Shown here one piece after another: positions 16,289 to 25,202 of a stretch of 64,000 bases of DNA; within the stretch, counting starts at the first letter, position 1, and each line of letters opens with the position of its first letter. The notes under the pieces are model-generated. The model saw nothing but the letters and a program-made list of their open reading frames with translations. It was not told the DNA's origin and made no database searches. A program made the position numbers and the translations under genes. Origin of the DNA: Elusimicrobiota bacterium (lineage in GTDB: Bacteria; Elusimicrobiota; Elusimicrobia; F11); assembly GCA_044221725.1 (NCBI GenBank), contig JBGAON010000001.1, forward strand, positions 256,001 to 320,000. The letters run 5' to 3'.

Positions 16289-16810
16289 ATGAAAAAAAGC
16301 AAAAATATTATAGAGAAATCGGACTACTTTTGTCGCAGTTTTGATCCGTTTGTTCATCGTACGTCGAGGGTCTTGATCCTCGGTTCGATGCCGGGCCCCG
16401 AAGCGTTGCGCAAACAAGAATTTTATGGATTTACCGGAAATCACTTCTGGACCATCCTGCCGGCGATTCTCGACGAACCGAAATCCAATATATACAAGAA
16501 GAAGCTGTCGATGATGAAAAGAAATCGAATTGCTCTGTGGGATGTCCTTGAGTCCTGCACACGTCCAGGCGCACTGGATAGCTCGATCACCAATGTAGTG
16601 CCAAACCAGATTCCTCGTTTGCTTAAGGAATTTCCAAATATACGAGCGGTGTTTATCAACGGACAGTTCGCGTACAAAACATTTCTCAAATATTTCGCTG
16701 AGCAAATAAAGATTCCGGTCTATGTTTTGCCCTCGACAAGTCCGGCCAACGCGGCGATGCCGCTACAAGAAAAAATTCGTCGGTGGGGTGTCATCCGAGA
16801 ATTTTTGTAG
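16289..16810 (+). CDS. DNA-deoxyinosine glycosylase (UDG superfamily)
   Basis: LILGSMPG..AL....FY....NHFW, IALWDVLESC.R.GALDS.I and LPSTSPANA motifs. Confidence 0.88.
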   Translation: MKKSKNIIEKSDYFCRSFDPFVHRTSRVLILGSMPGPEALRKQEFYGFTGNHFWTILPAILDEPKSNIYKKKLSMMKRNRIALWDVLESCTRPGALDSSITNVVPNQIPRLLKEFPNIRAVFINGQFAYKTFLKYFAEQIKIPVYVLPSTSPANAAMPLQEKIRRWGVIREFL

Positions 16811-16820
16811 GATCTCGCCC

Positions 16821-17339
16821 ATGTTTAAAACTCGTTCTCTCACGGTATCGGCAATGATTCTCATCGCGGCTGTAAGTCGTCTGATCCCACACCCATGGAA
16901 TTTGACACCGGTTGCGGCCATAGCACTTTTTGGCGGTGCGCAATTTTTGGATCGTCGTTCGGCGTTTGTGGTTCCGTTTGCGGCGCTTCTTTTGACAGAT
17001 CTGGTGTTGGGTTTTTATCCGATGATGTTTCTGACGTATGTATGTTTTGGCGCAACGGTTCTCATTGGCCGAACGCTGCGCCAAAATCGCACGGTGTCGA
17101 AAATTATTTTTGCGTCGGTGGCCGCATCGTGGTTGTTCTTTCTTGTTACGAATTTCGGCTGCTGGTTGACGATGGCCGAATATTCGAAAGATCTCACCGG
17201 CCTCGCCGCGTGTTATTCGATGGCCATCCCATTTTTCCGCAACACGCTGATTGGTGACATGTTTTTCTCAGGCGTTTTGTTCGGCAGTTTTGCTCTCTCC
17301 GAAAAGTTTTTCCCTGCTTTGCGCGCACGTTATTCTTAA
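16821..17339 (+). CDS. DUF6580-like small membrane protein (putative transporter/ECF S-component-like)
   Basis: SRLIPHPWNLTPVAAIALFGG, FFLVTNFGCW and AIPFFRNTLIGD motifs; several TM helices; ATG at 16821. Confidence 0.75.
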   Translation: MFKTRSLTVSAMILIAAVSRLIPHPWNLTPVAAIALFGGAQFLDRRSAFVVPFAALLLTDLVLGFYPMMFLTYVCFGATVLIGRTLRQNRTVSKIIFASVAASWLFFLVTNFGCWLTMAEYSKDLTGLAACYSMAIPFFRNTLIGDMFFSGVLFGSFALSEKFFPALRARYS

Positions 17340-17395
17340 TTGCTTTTCATCCGCCCGAAAGCCTTGATTTAAGAGGTCTCTCCCTTTAAATTGGG

Positions 17396-18415
17396 TTGAT
17401 GAATCAACTCAATTTCGTTCACGGAGCGCCGCTCCTTCTGCTTATCCTCGGCTTCCTGTTCGCCTTCAGTAACGGTTTCCGAGACTCGTCCTCAATTGTT
17501 GCCACCGTGGTTTCCACGCGCACGCTTGCGCCGAACGCTGCGTTTTCGTTGTGTGCCGCCTTTGAATTCGTGGGTGCTTTGCTTATTGGCTCGGCGGTCG
17601 CATCGACGGTTCGCAATCGAATCTTTTCAATGGCGATGCCACCAACCCAGCAGGAGGTGGTGCTGACTTCCATTGCGGCGCTTTGCGCCGCTGGTGTTTG
17701 GGGATTCATTAGCTGGTGGCGTGCGTGGCCAACGTCGAACGGGCATGCGTTGCTTGGCGGTTTGACCGGGGCGGGCTCGGCGGCGTGGGGTGTGCAGCAC
17801 ATCCAAAACAAAACTGTTTTTTTTATCGGCTTTATCTTGCTCGCAAGCCCGGTCATTGGTTTTCTGGTTTCTTACGGCGTTACCTCCGTGCTGCGCTGGC
17901 TGGGCGGCTGGTTTACCAAAAAAGCGAAACCGATTACCGACGGCATGCATATACTTTCCTGCATGGCCGTTTCGTGCGCGCATGGCTCCAACGACGGTCA
18001 ATTGGTGATCGGCGTTCTGCTGCCCGTCTTGGGCGGTGTGGCGGGTGCGGCGATTCCTTTTTCGTTGCGTTTTGCGGTGGCCTTGGCCCTTTCTCTCGGC
18101 GTGCTTTTCGGTGGGAGGAGAATTCTGAAAAAGCTTGGCATGAAGTTTTACCGCATCCAGGACACCCAGGGACTGAGCGTCGATATGACCACCGCCGGCA
18201 CCGTGATGGCCTGCGCGGTGGCAGGATTTCCCGCCTCAACGACCCAGGTGATCGCGGGTTCACTGATGGGGGCCGCCGTCGCAAAAAACGCGCGGCGGGC
18301 TCGCTGGCAAGTGGCACAGGAAGTCGCAACATCGTGGCTTGTTACATTCCCAATGGCCGCGCTTTTGGCGTACGTTGCATACGATGTCATTTGTTGGACG
18401 GTGGGCGTGCCATGA
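17396..18415 (+). CDS. pit: Inorganic phosphate transporter, PiT family
   Basis: NGFRDSSSIVATVVSTR, AHGSNDGQ and GFPASTTQVI signature motifs. Confidence 0.9.
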   Translation: MMNQLNFVHGAPLLLLILGFLFAFSNGFRDSSSIVATVVSTRTLAPNAAFSLCAAFEFVGALLIGSAVASTVRNRIFSMAMPPTQQEVVLTSIAALCAAGVWGFISWWRAWPTSNGHALLGGLTGAGSAAWGVQHIQNKTVFFIGFILLASPVIGFLVSYGVTSVLRWLGGWFTKKAKPITDGMHILSCMAVSCAHGSNDGQLVIGVLLPVLGGVAGAAIPFSLRFAVALALSLGVLFGGRRILKKLGMKFYRIQDTQGLSVDMTTAGTVMACAVAGFPASTTQVIAGSLMGAAVAKNARRARWQVAQEVATSWLVTFPMAALLAYVAYDVICWTVGVP

Positions 18416-19014
18416 TGTTTTTTCGGCGGAAAGTGAATTTTTATCGGTTGTTATCGGAGCAGGCACACAAAGTGGAGGAAGGGATGAACGCGCTGCTTAT
18501 TTTTATGCGCGAACCAACGATCCTAAATGGCCGAACTGTGCAACGTCTCGAAGAAGAAGCGGACGAAATTCGAGCAAACATTGCCGAAGAACTGAACAAT
18601 GCGTTCGTAACTCCGATAGACCGCGAAGATATTCACGCGTTGTCCCGATCGGTCGATGACATTATTGATTACGGAAAAACAACGGTTGAAGAGATGATGG
18701 CGTTCGGTGTGAAACCCAACGGTCATTTGTTGTTGATGGCCGAAGCGCTGTGCGAAGCGGCCTCGGCGATCACGAAAGCCATTGGATGCTTGGCACAGAA
18801 CCAAGAAAAAGCAACCGAGTTGGTGCGATTTGCTAAGAAGCGCGAGAACTATGTAGAGCACTGTTACCGCGAAGCGCTCGTGGAACTTTTTAAGACGAAA
18901 AATGTGGTGACGATTCTAAAGGTGCGTGAAATTTATCGCCACATGTCGAACGCGGCCGATCGTGAAGACGAGGCGGCCAATATCGTGAGCAATATTCTTG
19001 TAAAGGCGGCTTGA
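18412..19014 (+). CDS. DUF47/PhoU-like phosphate transport regulator
   Basis: LEEEADEIR...LNNAFVTPIDREDI..LSRSVDDIID. The ATG at 18412 overlaps the pit stop; the longer ORF from 17716 is an artefactual extension. Confidence 0.9.
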   Translation: MMFFRRKVNFYRLLSEQAHKVEEGMNALLIFMREPTILNGRTVQRLEEEADEIRANIAEELNNAFVTPIDREDIHALSRSVDDIIDYGKTTVEEMMAFGVKPNGHLLLMAEALCEAASAITKAIGCLAQNQEKATELVRFAKKRENYVEHCYREALVELFKTKNVVTILKVREIYRHMSNAADREDEAANIVSNILVKAA

Positions 19015-19392
19015 ATGACGAAACGCGTGTTGATTGTGGACGATGAGGAGTGGATTCGCTCGGTGTTGCAGGATTACCTGGAAGAGTCCGGTTATGACGT
19101 TCGAACGGCCGCGACGTTGTCATTGGCGCGAAGCGAGATGGCGCAACAGCAGTTGCCCGATGTAATGGTCGTGGACATGACGTTGCCCGATGGAACCGGA
19201 ATGAACCTTCTAAGCGAAGTACGAAGCGAGCCCCGTACAAAAGAAATTCCGTTTATTCTTATCACGGCCCATACGCCAACAAAGCAGCAGATTAATGAGA
19301 AACAAAACGGCCCGGATGATCTCATCGTGAAACCGTTTAACTTGAAGGAATTCAAAGCACGCCTCGATAAGCAACTTTCCCTCCGCAGTTAG
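19015..19392 (+). CDS. Single-domain response regulator (receiver)
   Basis: VLIVDDE, VVDMTLPDG (phospho-Asp), IPFILITA and KPF motifs. Confidence 0.9.
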   Translation: MTKRVLIVDDEEWIRSVLQDYLEESGYDVRTAATLSLARSEMAQQQLPDVMVVDMTLPDGTGMNLLSEVRSEPRTKEIPFILITAHTPTKQQINEKQNGPDDLIVKPFNLKEFKARLDKQLSLRS

Positions 19393-19411
19393 TCGCTGAA
19401 AATACTCGGTT

Positions 19412-19486
19412 TTCTGTAACGAAACCGTAACACCATCGACGGTTCTTTGTTACAGAAGATTTACGAGAATTTCATGTGATCTTAAG
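19412..19486 (+). promoter_or_regulatory. Helically phased (11-bp) repeat array plus inverted repeat; candidate OmpR/PhoB-type binding sites
   Basis: GTTAC (19449), TTTAC (19460), TTCAT (19471), TTAAG (19482); inverted copies GTAAC at 19416 and 19427; TTCTGTAAC...GTTACAGAA dyad. Confidence 0.6.
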
Positions 19487-19503
19487 GTGCACCCGAGTAT
19501 TAT

Positions 19504-22188
19504 TTGAACATGAAAAACAAAACTTCTCTTCGAGGACGAACTATGAACCGTATTGCTGTTACACTCGCTGCCCTTTTGATGTACAACTCTTTTGCAATGC
19601 CGCTCGCGCAAGCTTCCGCGATTGCGCAACCGCCGATTGGAAATATCTCAAGTCAACACAATGGGTTTATTGCGCAGCCTCAAAAAGTAAAGAAATCGAG
19701 CGACATTCCCGCGTTTCGTGTGCCCGCGTCGGTCGGTTCAATCGTCGAAACCTACGCACCAACGAAAGCCAGCCGTCTCGTTTATCATTTGCAAGACGTC
19801 CACAAGCATGTGCCGGCTCAAATCAATCTGTCCGAAATTGTTTCGCTTCTCGAAGCTCATGCCGCAACCCAGGGAAAGAGATTGGTTGTTGCTGTTGAAG
19901 GTGTCACGGGTTTGGTTGATTCCGATTCCATCGCCAAAATCCAAAATCAAAAGGCCAAGGAAGATGTTGCCGCGGGGCTTCTGAAATCCGGTTACCTGTT
20001 GGGCGAAGAATACGCGGCCATAACCCATGCTCCGGGCCGGATTCAATTAATAGGTATCGAAGAACCAACGCTTTATAAGAAAAACGGCCAAGCTCGCGAT
20101 TTGTCCATCGAATCCCGGGCCGCCGTGCTCAATATTTTGCGCGAGACGCACGCTCAACTCGAAAAGCTTGTTCCGCACAACTTCAATCAAATTTTGACGC
20201 GCCTTGAGACCATGCGTTCGCAGGTGGAACAGGGAACGCTGCCGCTCACCGATTACGTGACGTTCCTCAAAGCGACGAATCCGGCGATCATTGCGCAGCA
20301 TCCGAATTTGGCGCGGATGGCGGCACTCACGGCTGCTGAAGCCGGAATTGATTTTGCGAAAGTTGAAGAGCAAGGCCGCTCACTGGTCCAAGACGTGATG
20401 GTGAACAAATCCGAAACAGAAGTGGATCAAATGCTCACGGATGCCCAGGCGCTCAAAGAGGGTCGGCTTTCGGCTCTCTCCTACTATTCATTGTTGTTGG
20501 GCCAAGCCAAAAAGGACTATCCGATTGTCCGCAAATACGTTGACTACCTTCGCACATCCGATTCGATCAACAGCGACCAGCTGTTCGACGAAGTTCTCGA
20601 GGCTGAAAACCAAATTGCGAAATCGCTCGTAAAGCATCCGGTTGCTATGGAGCTGTACGAATACATTCGTTGGGTGGAACGTCAGGAATGGTTTTTTTCT
20701 CTTTCGATGATTCCGCAGGATTGGGCTGAGCAAAAAAATGTAGAAGCCAAAACGATTATTTCGAAACACTCCGCCATCCGTAGTTTCGTCGCCGAACAGG
20801 TCGGCGATCTCGGTTATGCGTTCAATACCCCGGAGCTTTCGATGGAAACGCTGCTTCCCGCCTACAGCGGTGCGCACACCTTTTATGAAGCGGCGTCCGA
20901 ACGCAATGAGACAATGGTTTCGAATCTGAACAAAATCATTCGCAATCCAGCGAACGACGATGCGGTAATTGCATTCGTGGCCGGTGGCTTCCATACGCCG
21001 GGTATGACAAAGCTTTTAAAAGATGAAGGGTACGCTTACCAAGTGATTCGCCCACAGCTTGAAACTGACGTGGAATTGAGCGAGGAAATTAAATTTCCGC
21101 AGAAAAACGTCAGCTATTACCGCGCGCCTGAAACAATTGCGACCGAGGGCGGAGCAGAAGCGGTCAAAGGTGCAATCGGCAACGCGCCAGCCGTGAATGT
21201 CGAGGATGTGGCGAGACAGATTGAAAAAGGGGCAAGTCCTGAAGAAGGATCCGACCGGGGACCGAACGACGGCGGTCGTAAAGGATTCAGCGTCGTTGAG
21301 GTGTTGGTGGCCATTGTGGGCGTAGCGAGTGTTACTGCCATATCGCTTTATCTTTTCCAAGATTTTCGAGCCGGCACGCTCACCGGTGCAAAAATTGGTT
21401 ATTCCGTCCTCGGATTGTTTGGCGCGCTGGTGTTTGCCGCGATCATGCAGGGCGTAACGGGTAACACGGGTAGTGATTTGGGTGGCGGCAAATCAATCGA
21501 GGCGCAGGCCAGCAACGAAGCAAAAGTCACTACGAATACGTTGCAAGATGAAGCGACGCGGAAGAAAGCCTTTGCGATCGAACTGAAAGCGTTCTTCGAA
21601 AAGTATCGTTCACGGCAGAGCAGCGATCCCCGCCTGATTGTTGCCGATGTCTATGATCAAGACTCGACCAGCGAAACGCAAGCAATAGACGGCGAAGGGT
21701 TTGTAAAAGTGGTACAGGCATTGAGCGTTGTCGCTTCTGGAAGTCCGCTTAACGCAGCAATCGTTGTGAGTGCAAGCGAGGGTGATGTTTCGGTAGTGGA
21801 TGCCTATTCGAATCAAATGCGCGCCTATCAGAATAGTCAAAATGCGCAGGCAGCCGGACTTAGCTTTTTCGGTACCGCCACACAGGGCACAAATGTTCTC
21901 GATACGTTGAAAAGCATTCCGAGTTTGCGCGACAACGCGAATGAGGGAACTGCCTATGTCGTTGGAGGCCAGGCGAGTTACACCGGTGTCGGTGTGGAAC
22001 ACCACTACGTGTCGCGCGGCGCAGTTCAACGCGCGGTGAAAGCCTTTGTTGTGGGGCGATATGGAGCGGGTCATGCAGAAGAGTTGTCACAAGAACTCCT
22101 TAATATTCTTGGTCGCCGCTGGGGCAATATTGAAGGCCACTTCACCGATGCAATGATTACGCAAATGTTCACGGAAATCATGGCATAA
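19504..22188 (+). CDS. Large exported/membrane protein: conserved N-terminal domain (QDxH...EG...RN..M..N...GGFH), internal prepilin-like motif, two TM helices, unknown C-terminal domain; likely start 19543
   Basis: Long clean ORF; RBS GAGGA before ATG 19543; signal peptide ending LAQA; motifs shared with the ORF at 55037; followed by a terminator. Confidence 0.75.
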   Translation: MNMKNKTSLRGRTMNRIAVTLAALLMYNSFAMPLAQASAIAQPPIGNISSQHNGFIAQPQKVKKSSDIPAFRVPASVGSIVETYAPTKASRLVYHLQDVHKHVPAQINLSEIVSLLEAHAATQGKRLVVAVEGVTGLVDSDSIAKIQNQKAKEDVAAGLLKSGYLLGEEYAAITHAPGRIQLIGIEEPTLYKKNGQARDLSIESRAAVLNILRETHAQLEKLVPHNFNQILTRLETMRSQVEQGTLPLTDYVTFLKATNPAIIAQHPNLARMAALTAAEAGIDFAKVEEQGRSLVQDVMVNKSETEVDQMLTDAQALKEGRLSALSYYSLLLGQAKKDYPIVRKYVDYLRTSDSINSDQLFDEVLEAENQIAKSLVKHPVAMELYEYIRWVERQEWFFSLSMIPQDWAEQKNVEAKTIISKHSAIRSFVAEQVGDLGYAFNTPELSMETLLPAYSGAHTFYEAASERNETMVSNLNKIIRNPANDDAVIAFVAGGFHTPGMTKLLKDEGYAYQVIRPQLETDVELSEEIKFPQKNVSYYRAPETIATEGGAEAVKGAIGNAPAVNVEDVARQIEKGASPEEGSDRGPNDGGRKGFSVVEVLVAIVGVASVTAISLYLFQDFRAGTLTGAKIGYSVLGLFGALVFAAIMQGVTGNTGSDLGGGKSIEAQASNEAKVTTNTLQDEATRKKAFAIELKAFFEKYRSRQSSDPRLIVADVYDQDSTSETQAIDGEGFVKVVQALSVVASGSPLNAAIVVSASEGDVSVVDAYSNQMRAYQNSQNAQAAGLSFFGTATQGTNVLDTLKSIPSLRDNANEGTAYVVGGQASYTGVGVEHHYVSRGAVQRAVKAFVVGRYGAGHAEELSQELLNILGRRWGNIEGHFTDAMITQMFTEIMA

Positions 22189-22200
22189 CAAGTTTCTATC

Positions 22201-22240
22201 AAAGCCCCCCTTCGCGAATGCGGAGGGGGGCTTTTTTATT
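22201..22240 (+). terminator. Rho-independent terminator
   Basis: AAAGCCCCCCTTCGC-GAAT-GCGGAGGGGGGC followed by TTTTTT, just after the stop at 22188. Confidence 0.9.
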
Positions 22241-22258
22241 TGGTGTAATGATTCGGTT

Positions 22259-23923
22259 ATGTGGAGCTCTCCTATCCCAGAAAAACGTTGGTTCGGTTTT
22301 CGGCGGAAATTTCGCGGTACGTCAGCGTTCGAATCGCTCGGAAATTTTGAAGAGGCCGCGTTAAATGAACTTGGTTCGTCGCTCGAAGAGCACGAAGCAG
22401 CCACTTTGGGTCGCCTGTTGGCGCGTGGGAAAAAAGTCGAAATAGAAATGTTTATTCGCACGCACGGAGCCAACCCGCTTTTCGAGCCGCAGGGCGATTT
22501 GGACGTGCCCGTGGGAATAGCGAAAGCCGATGTGGTCGATTTGCACAACCTCCCAAGCGCGTCGGCCAACCGCGCCATCTTGGATGGGGAAATTCTCCAT
22601 GTGCTTTTTCAAGCTGGCGAGGCCACGCGGTTTGCGGCAGGTCCGCTTTACCGTGTGAATGTTTTGCAAATAGCGCAGTCACTGACCGCGGATCCTGAAA
22701 TCGCTTTTTACCTGAAAAGCATTCAGCAGGCCCGCTCGGAGATTTCAAAGTCCGTGGGCGATTTGCTGGCGGACGGTTTTCTTGGACCCAAACAGCCACT
22801 GCTCCTGCGGGCGGCGTTGCGCCGGGTTGTTCAGGACGAAATCGATGCCGGAAGATTATCGCCGAGCGAGGCTTGCGAGCGCTATCGTCACGCGCTTTCC
22901 AAGCAGAAAATTCTTTTTTTCGTAAGCCGGCGCGGCAACGTGAATCAGACGCATAATGAAATGTTGCGTGGGACATTTTCGTTTTACGGGTTCGAGCCTG
23001 CGAATATTGTCACGATTGAGCAAGAACTGCTGAGAGGAATTACCGCCGACGAAAATGGGTCACTGTCGCTTCTGAACGGCGAAGAAAATATGGATGCCGG
23101 TGGCCATCTTGCGGCGCTCGTGCAGGCGGTGCGACCCGGAGATTTCACAACGTACACCGAATCAGGTCGCCCCATTAAGCCTATGGAAGTGGACGCTCTT
23201 TCCTACTTTGTGAACCGTGGCGCGAAGGTTATGAATGTGATTCGCATCAACGACATGGACCGGCATTCCACCGAAATCATTAATGGCAAGGCGCTAACGG
23301 TCGCTCAGCGGTTCTTTGAAAATGGTTACGTGAACGTCATTGAGACCGTGGCCAATCCGAAAGGCCAAAAAGGCGGGACCGGAACAACGTTTGGAAATCC
23401 GGACGTCCACGTTTTGACCGAGACGCACGAGAACTCGTTCCCGGCGCTGTCCCGCGCGTTTGAGGCGAGCATGCAGACGTACTTGAAAGAAAGCAAGGGC
23501 GTGCATCCTGCGTATAACGCGATGCGGCAGTTGGCAGATTTGCAAGCGACACGCCACGTTCTCAAGGAATTTGGTGGGCGAATTGTGTTTGTGCCGCGGC
23601 AGAGAGGGGGGCCTGAGGGAGAACCGGAAGGCTCACCTTACGTCGGTGTCGATATGCCGATGGGCGACCTGTCTTTGTTGTACGGTAACTACAAGTCTTA
23701 CATGTTTCAATTTGCTGGCCCCGAAGGCAGCGAGTTGTTAATTCACGATATGAAACAGAAAGAAAATTTGGGTATTGGATTACGCACGTTGCTTCATCAA
23801 CTCGAAGATTCGTTTGTGCTGGCGGCGGCCGAAGAATTGTCCGAAAAAAAGATTATGCCGTTCACCCAGCCGCCCAAACCGCGGTCGTTGTACGGGGCGC
23901 CCTGCCCAGAATTCGATATTTAA
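22259..23923 (+). CDS. Divergent nucleotidyltransferase, UDP-sugar pyrophosphorylase (UDPGP/UAP)-like
   Basis: LFQAGEATRF (cf. LxAGGxGTR), TIEQE, DAGGH, IRINDMD and KGG motifs occur in the order seen in the UDPGP family. Confidence 0.45.
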   Translation: MWSSPIPEKRWFGFRRKFRGTSAFESLGNFEEAALNELGSSLEEHEAATLGRLLARGKKVEIEMFIRTHGANPLFEPQGDLDVPVGIAKADVVDLHNLPSASANRAILDGEILHVLFQAGEATRFAAGPLYRVNVLQIAQSLTADPEIAFYLKSIQQARSEISKSVGDLLADGFLGPKQPLLLRAALRRVVQDEIDAGRLSPSEACERYRHALSKQKILFFVSRRGNVNQTHNEMLRGTFSFYGFEPANIVTIEQELLRGITADENGSLSLLNGEENMDAGGHLAALVQAVRPGDFTTYTESGRPIKPMEVDALSYFVNRGAKVMNVIRINDMDRHSTEIINGKALTVAQRFFENGYVNVIETVANPKGQKGGTGTTFGNPDVHVLTETHENSFPALSRAFEASMQTYLKESKGVHPAYNAMRQLADLQATRHVLKEFGGRIVFVPRQRGGPEGEPEGSPYVGVDMPMGDLSLLYGNYKSYMFQFAGPEGSELLIHDMKQKENLGIGLRTLLHQLEDSFVLAAAEELSEKKIMPFTQPPKPRSLYGAPCPEFDI

Positions 23924-23966
23924 AAAACCCCATTGATTTTTCAGAGGGTTCAGAAAAAAATTATGT

Positions 23967-24596
23967 ATGCGAATCACGGTTGGGGGAGTTCTATTTATTG
24001 GGGGGAGTGCTGCTTTTGTTGCGCTTGGCCCACTGAATTCGTTAGCCCCGATCGATGAAATAAAACACTCTCTGAATTTCATCACGGGGTATTTTCATTC
24101 TGAGCCCGTTGAGACAGCGCCGGTATCGGTCGAAAAGCCTGTTGATTCCAATCCGACACGAAAAGAATCAGCTTCTGTTGATACATCCACGCTGGAATCG
24201 TCGCAACCAAAACCGCCGACCGTGCCAGAAAAACCAGCAACGGCCGAAAATGCAGCTGCGCCTGCGCCAACACCGCTCTCCGTGGCAAATCCTGTCGCTT
24301 CCCCGACGCTTAAAAAAGCAAGGGGGCATCGCCGGGTTCCAAAATTGGGAGAGCAGCCGGTGCAGCTTGCTCTCACAAAAAGGCCGCCGCATTCAAAAGA
24401 ACTTCGACGGAAGAAAAGCGTGGGCTCCGAAGATAAGTTGCTGGGAAGCTACGTTTCGTTGAAGCTGAATTCAGGTCGAGACGTAAAAGGAATCCTGAAA
24501 TCCCGCGACGAACACGAGTACATCATTGAGCTGCCGGGAATGGGACCGTTCAAGTACCCGGCTTCCAACGTAACGGCTGTTACGCCGGTTGAGTAA
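23967..24596 (+). CDS. Hypothetical membrane-anchored protein: low-complexity linker and small C-terminal beta domain
   Basis: N-terminal hydrophobic helix, P/S/T/A-rich linker, C-terminal VSLKLNSGRDVKGILKSRD... Confidence 0.6.
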   Translation: MRITVGGVLFIGGSAAFVALGPLNSLAPIDEIKHSLNFITGYFHSEPVETAPVSVEKPVDSNPTRKESASVDTSTLESSQPKPPTVPEKPATAENAAAPAPTPLSVANPVASPTLKKARGHRRVPKLGEQPVQLALTKRPPHSKELRRKKSVGSEDKLLGSYVSLKLNSGRDVKGILKSRDEHEYIIELPGMGPFKYPASNVTAVTPVE

Positions 24597-25191
24597 TTTT
24601 CCGAACCAAGTTGCCTTTCGTGTCCGTTTCATAAAACAACGGTACGCCCGTTTCAAGATTGAGTTCAAGCACTTGTTCTTTGGTTAGTTTCTCGATCTCC
24701 ATCACAATCGATCGCAAACTGTTGCCGTGCGCAGCGACGATAATATTCTTGCCGGATTTCACGGCGGGCAATATTCTCGATTCAAAATACGGAAGTGTTC
24801 GGGCGGCGGTGTCTTTTAAACTTTCTCCGTTCGGTGGAGCAATATCGTAGCTGCGTCGCCAAATATGGACTTGCTTGTCGCCGTATTTCTTCGCCGTTTC
24901 CGCTTTGTCCAACCCTTGCAAATCTCCGTAGTGACGTTCGTTGAGCGCCTTGTCTTTTTCCACCGGGATGTCGGTTTGGCCCGTTTCTTGGAGAATTATT
25001 TGTAGCGTTCGTTGCGCGCGCTTGAGGTCCGACGTGAACGCTTTATCGAATTTGATTCCTTTTAGGCGCTGACCCGCTGCTTTCGCTTCTTGTTCGCCTT
25101 TCGGTGTCAGCTCGACATCCACCCACCCGGTAAATTTGTTTTCAAGATTCCACTGCGATTGTCCGTGACGGACCAAGACGAGGACTGACAT
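24580..25191 (-). CDS. gpmA: 2,3-bisphosphoglycerate-dependent phosphoglycerate mutase
   Basis: LVLVRHGQSQWNLENKFTGWVDV, LNERHYGDLQG and AAHGNSLR motifs. Confidence 0.95.
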   Translation of the reverse strand: MSVLVLVRHGQSQWNLENKFTGWVDVELTPKGEQEAKAAGQRLKGIKFDKAFTSDLKRAQRTLQIILQETGQTDIPVEKDKALNERHYGDLQGLDKAETAKKYGDKQVHIWRRSYDIAPPNGESLKDTAARTLPYFESRILPAVKSGKNIIVAAHGNSLRSIVMEIEKLTKEQVLELNLETGVPLFYETDTKGNLVRKITQPA

Positions 25192-25202
25192 TTGAGTCTC
25201 CT

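Noticed and set aside
17716..18411. Long N-terminal extension of the DUF47 ORF (432-aa call)
   Set aside because: It overlaps pit in another frame and reads as non-protein-like; the ATG at 18412 coupled to the pit stop gives a normal-length DUF47 protein.
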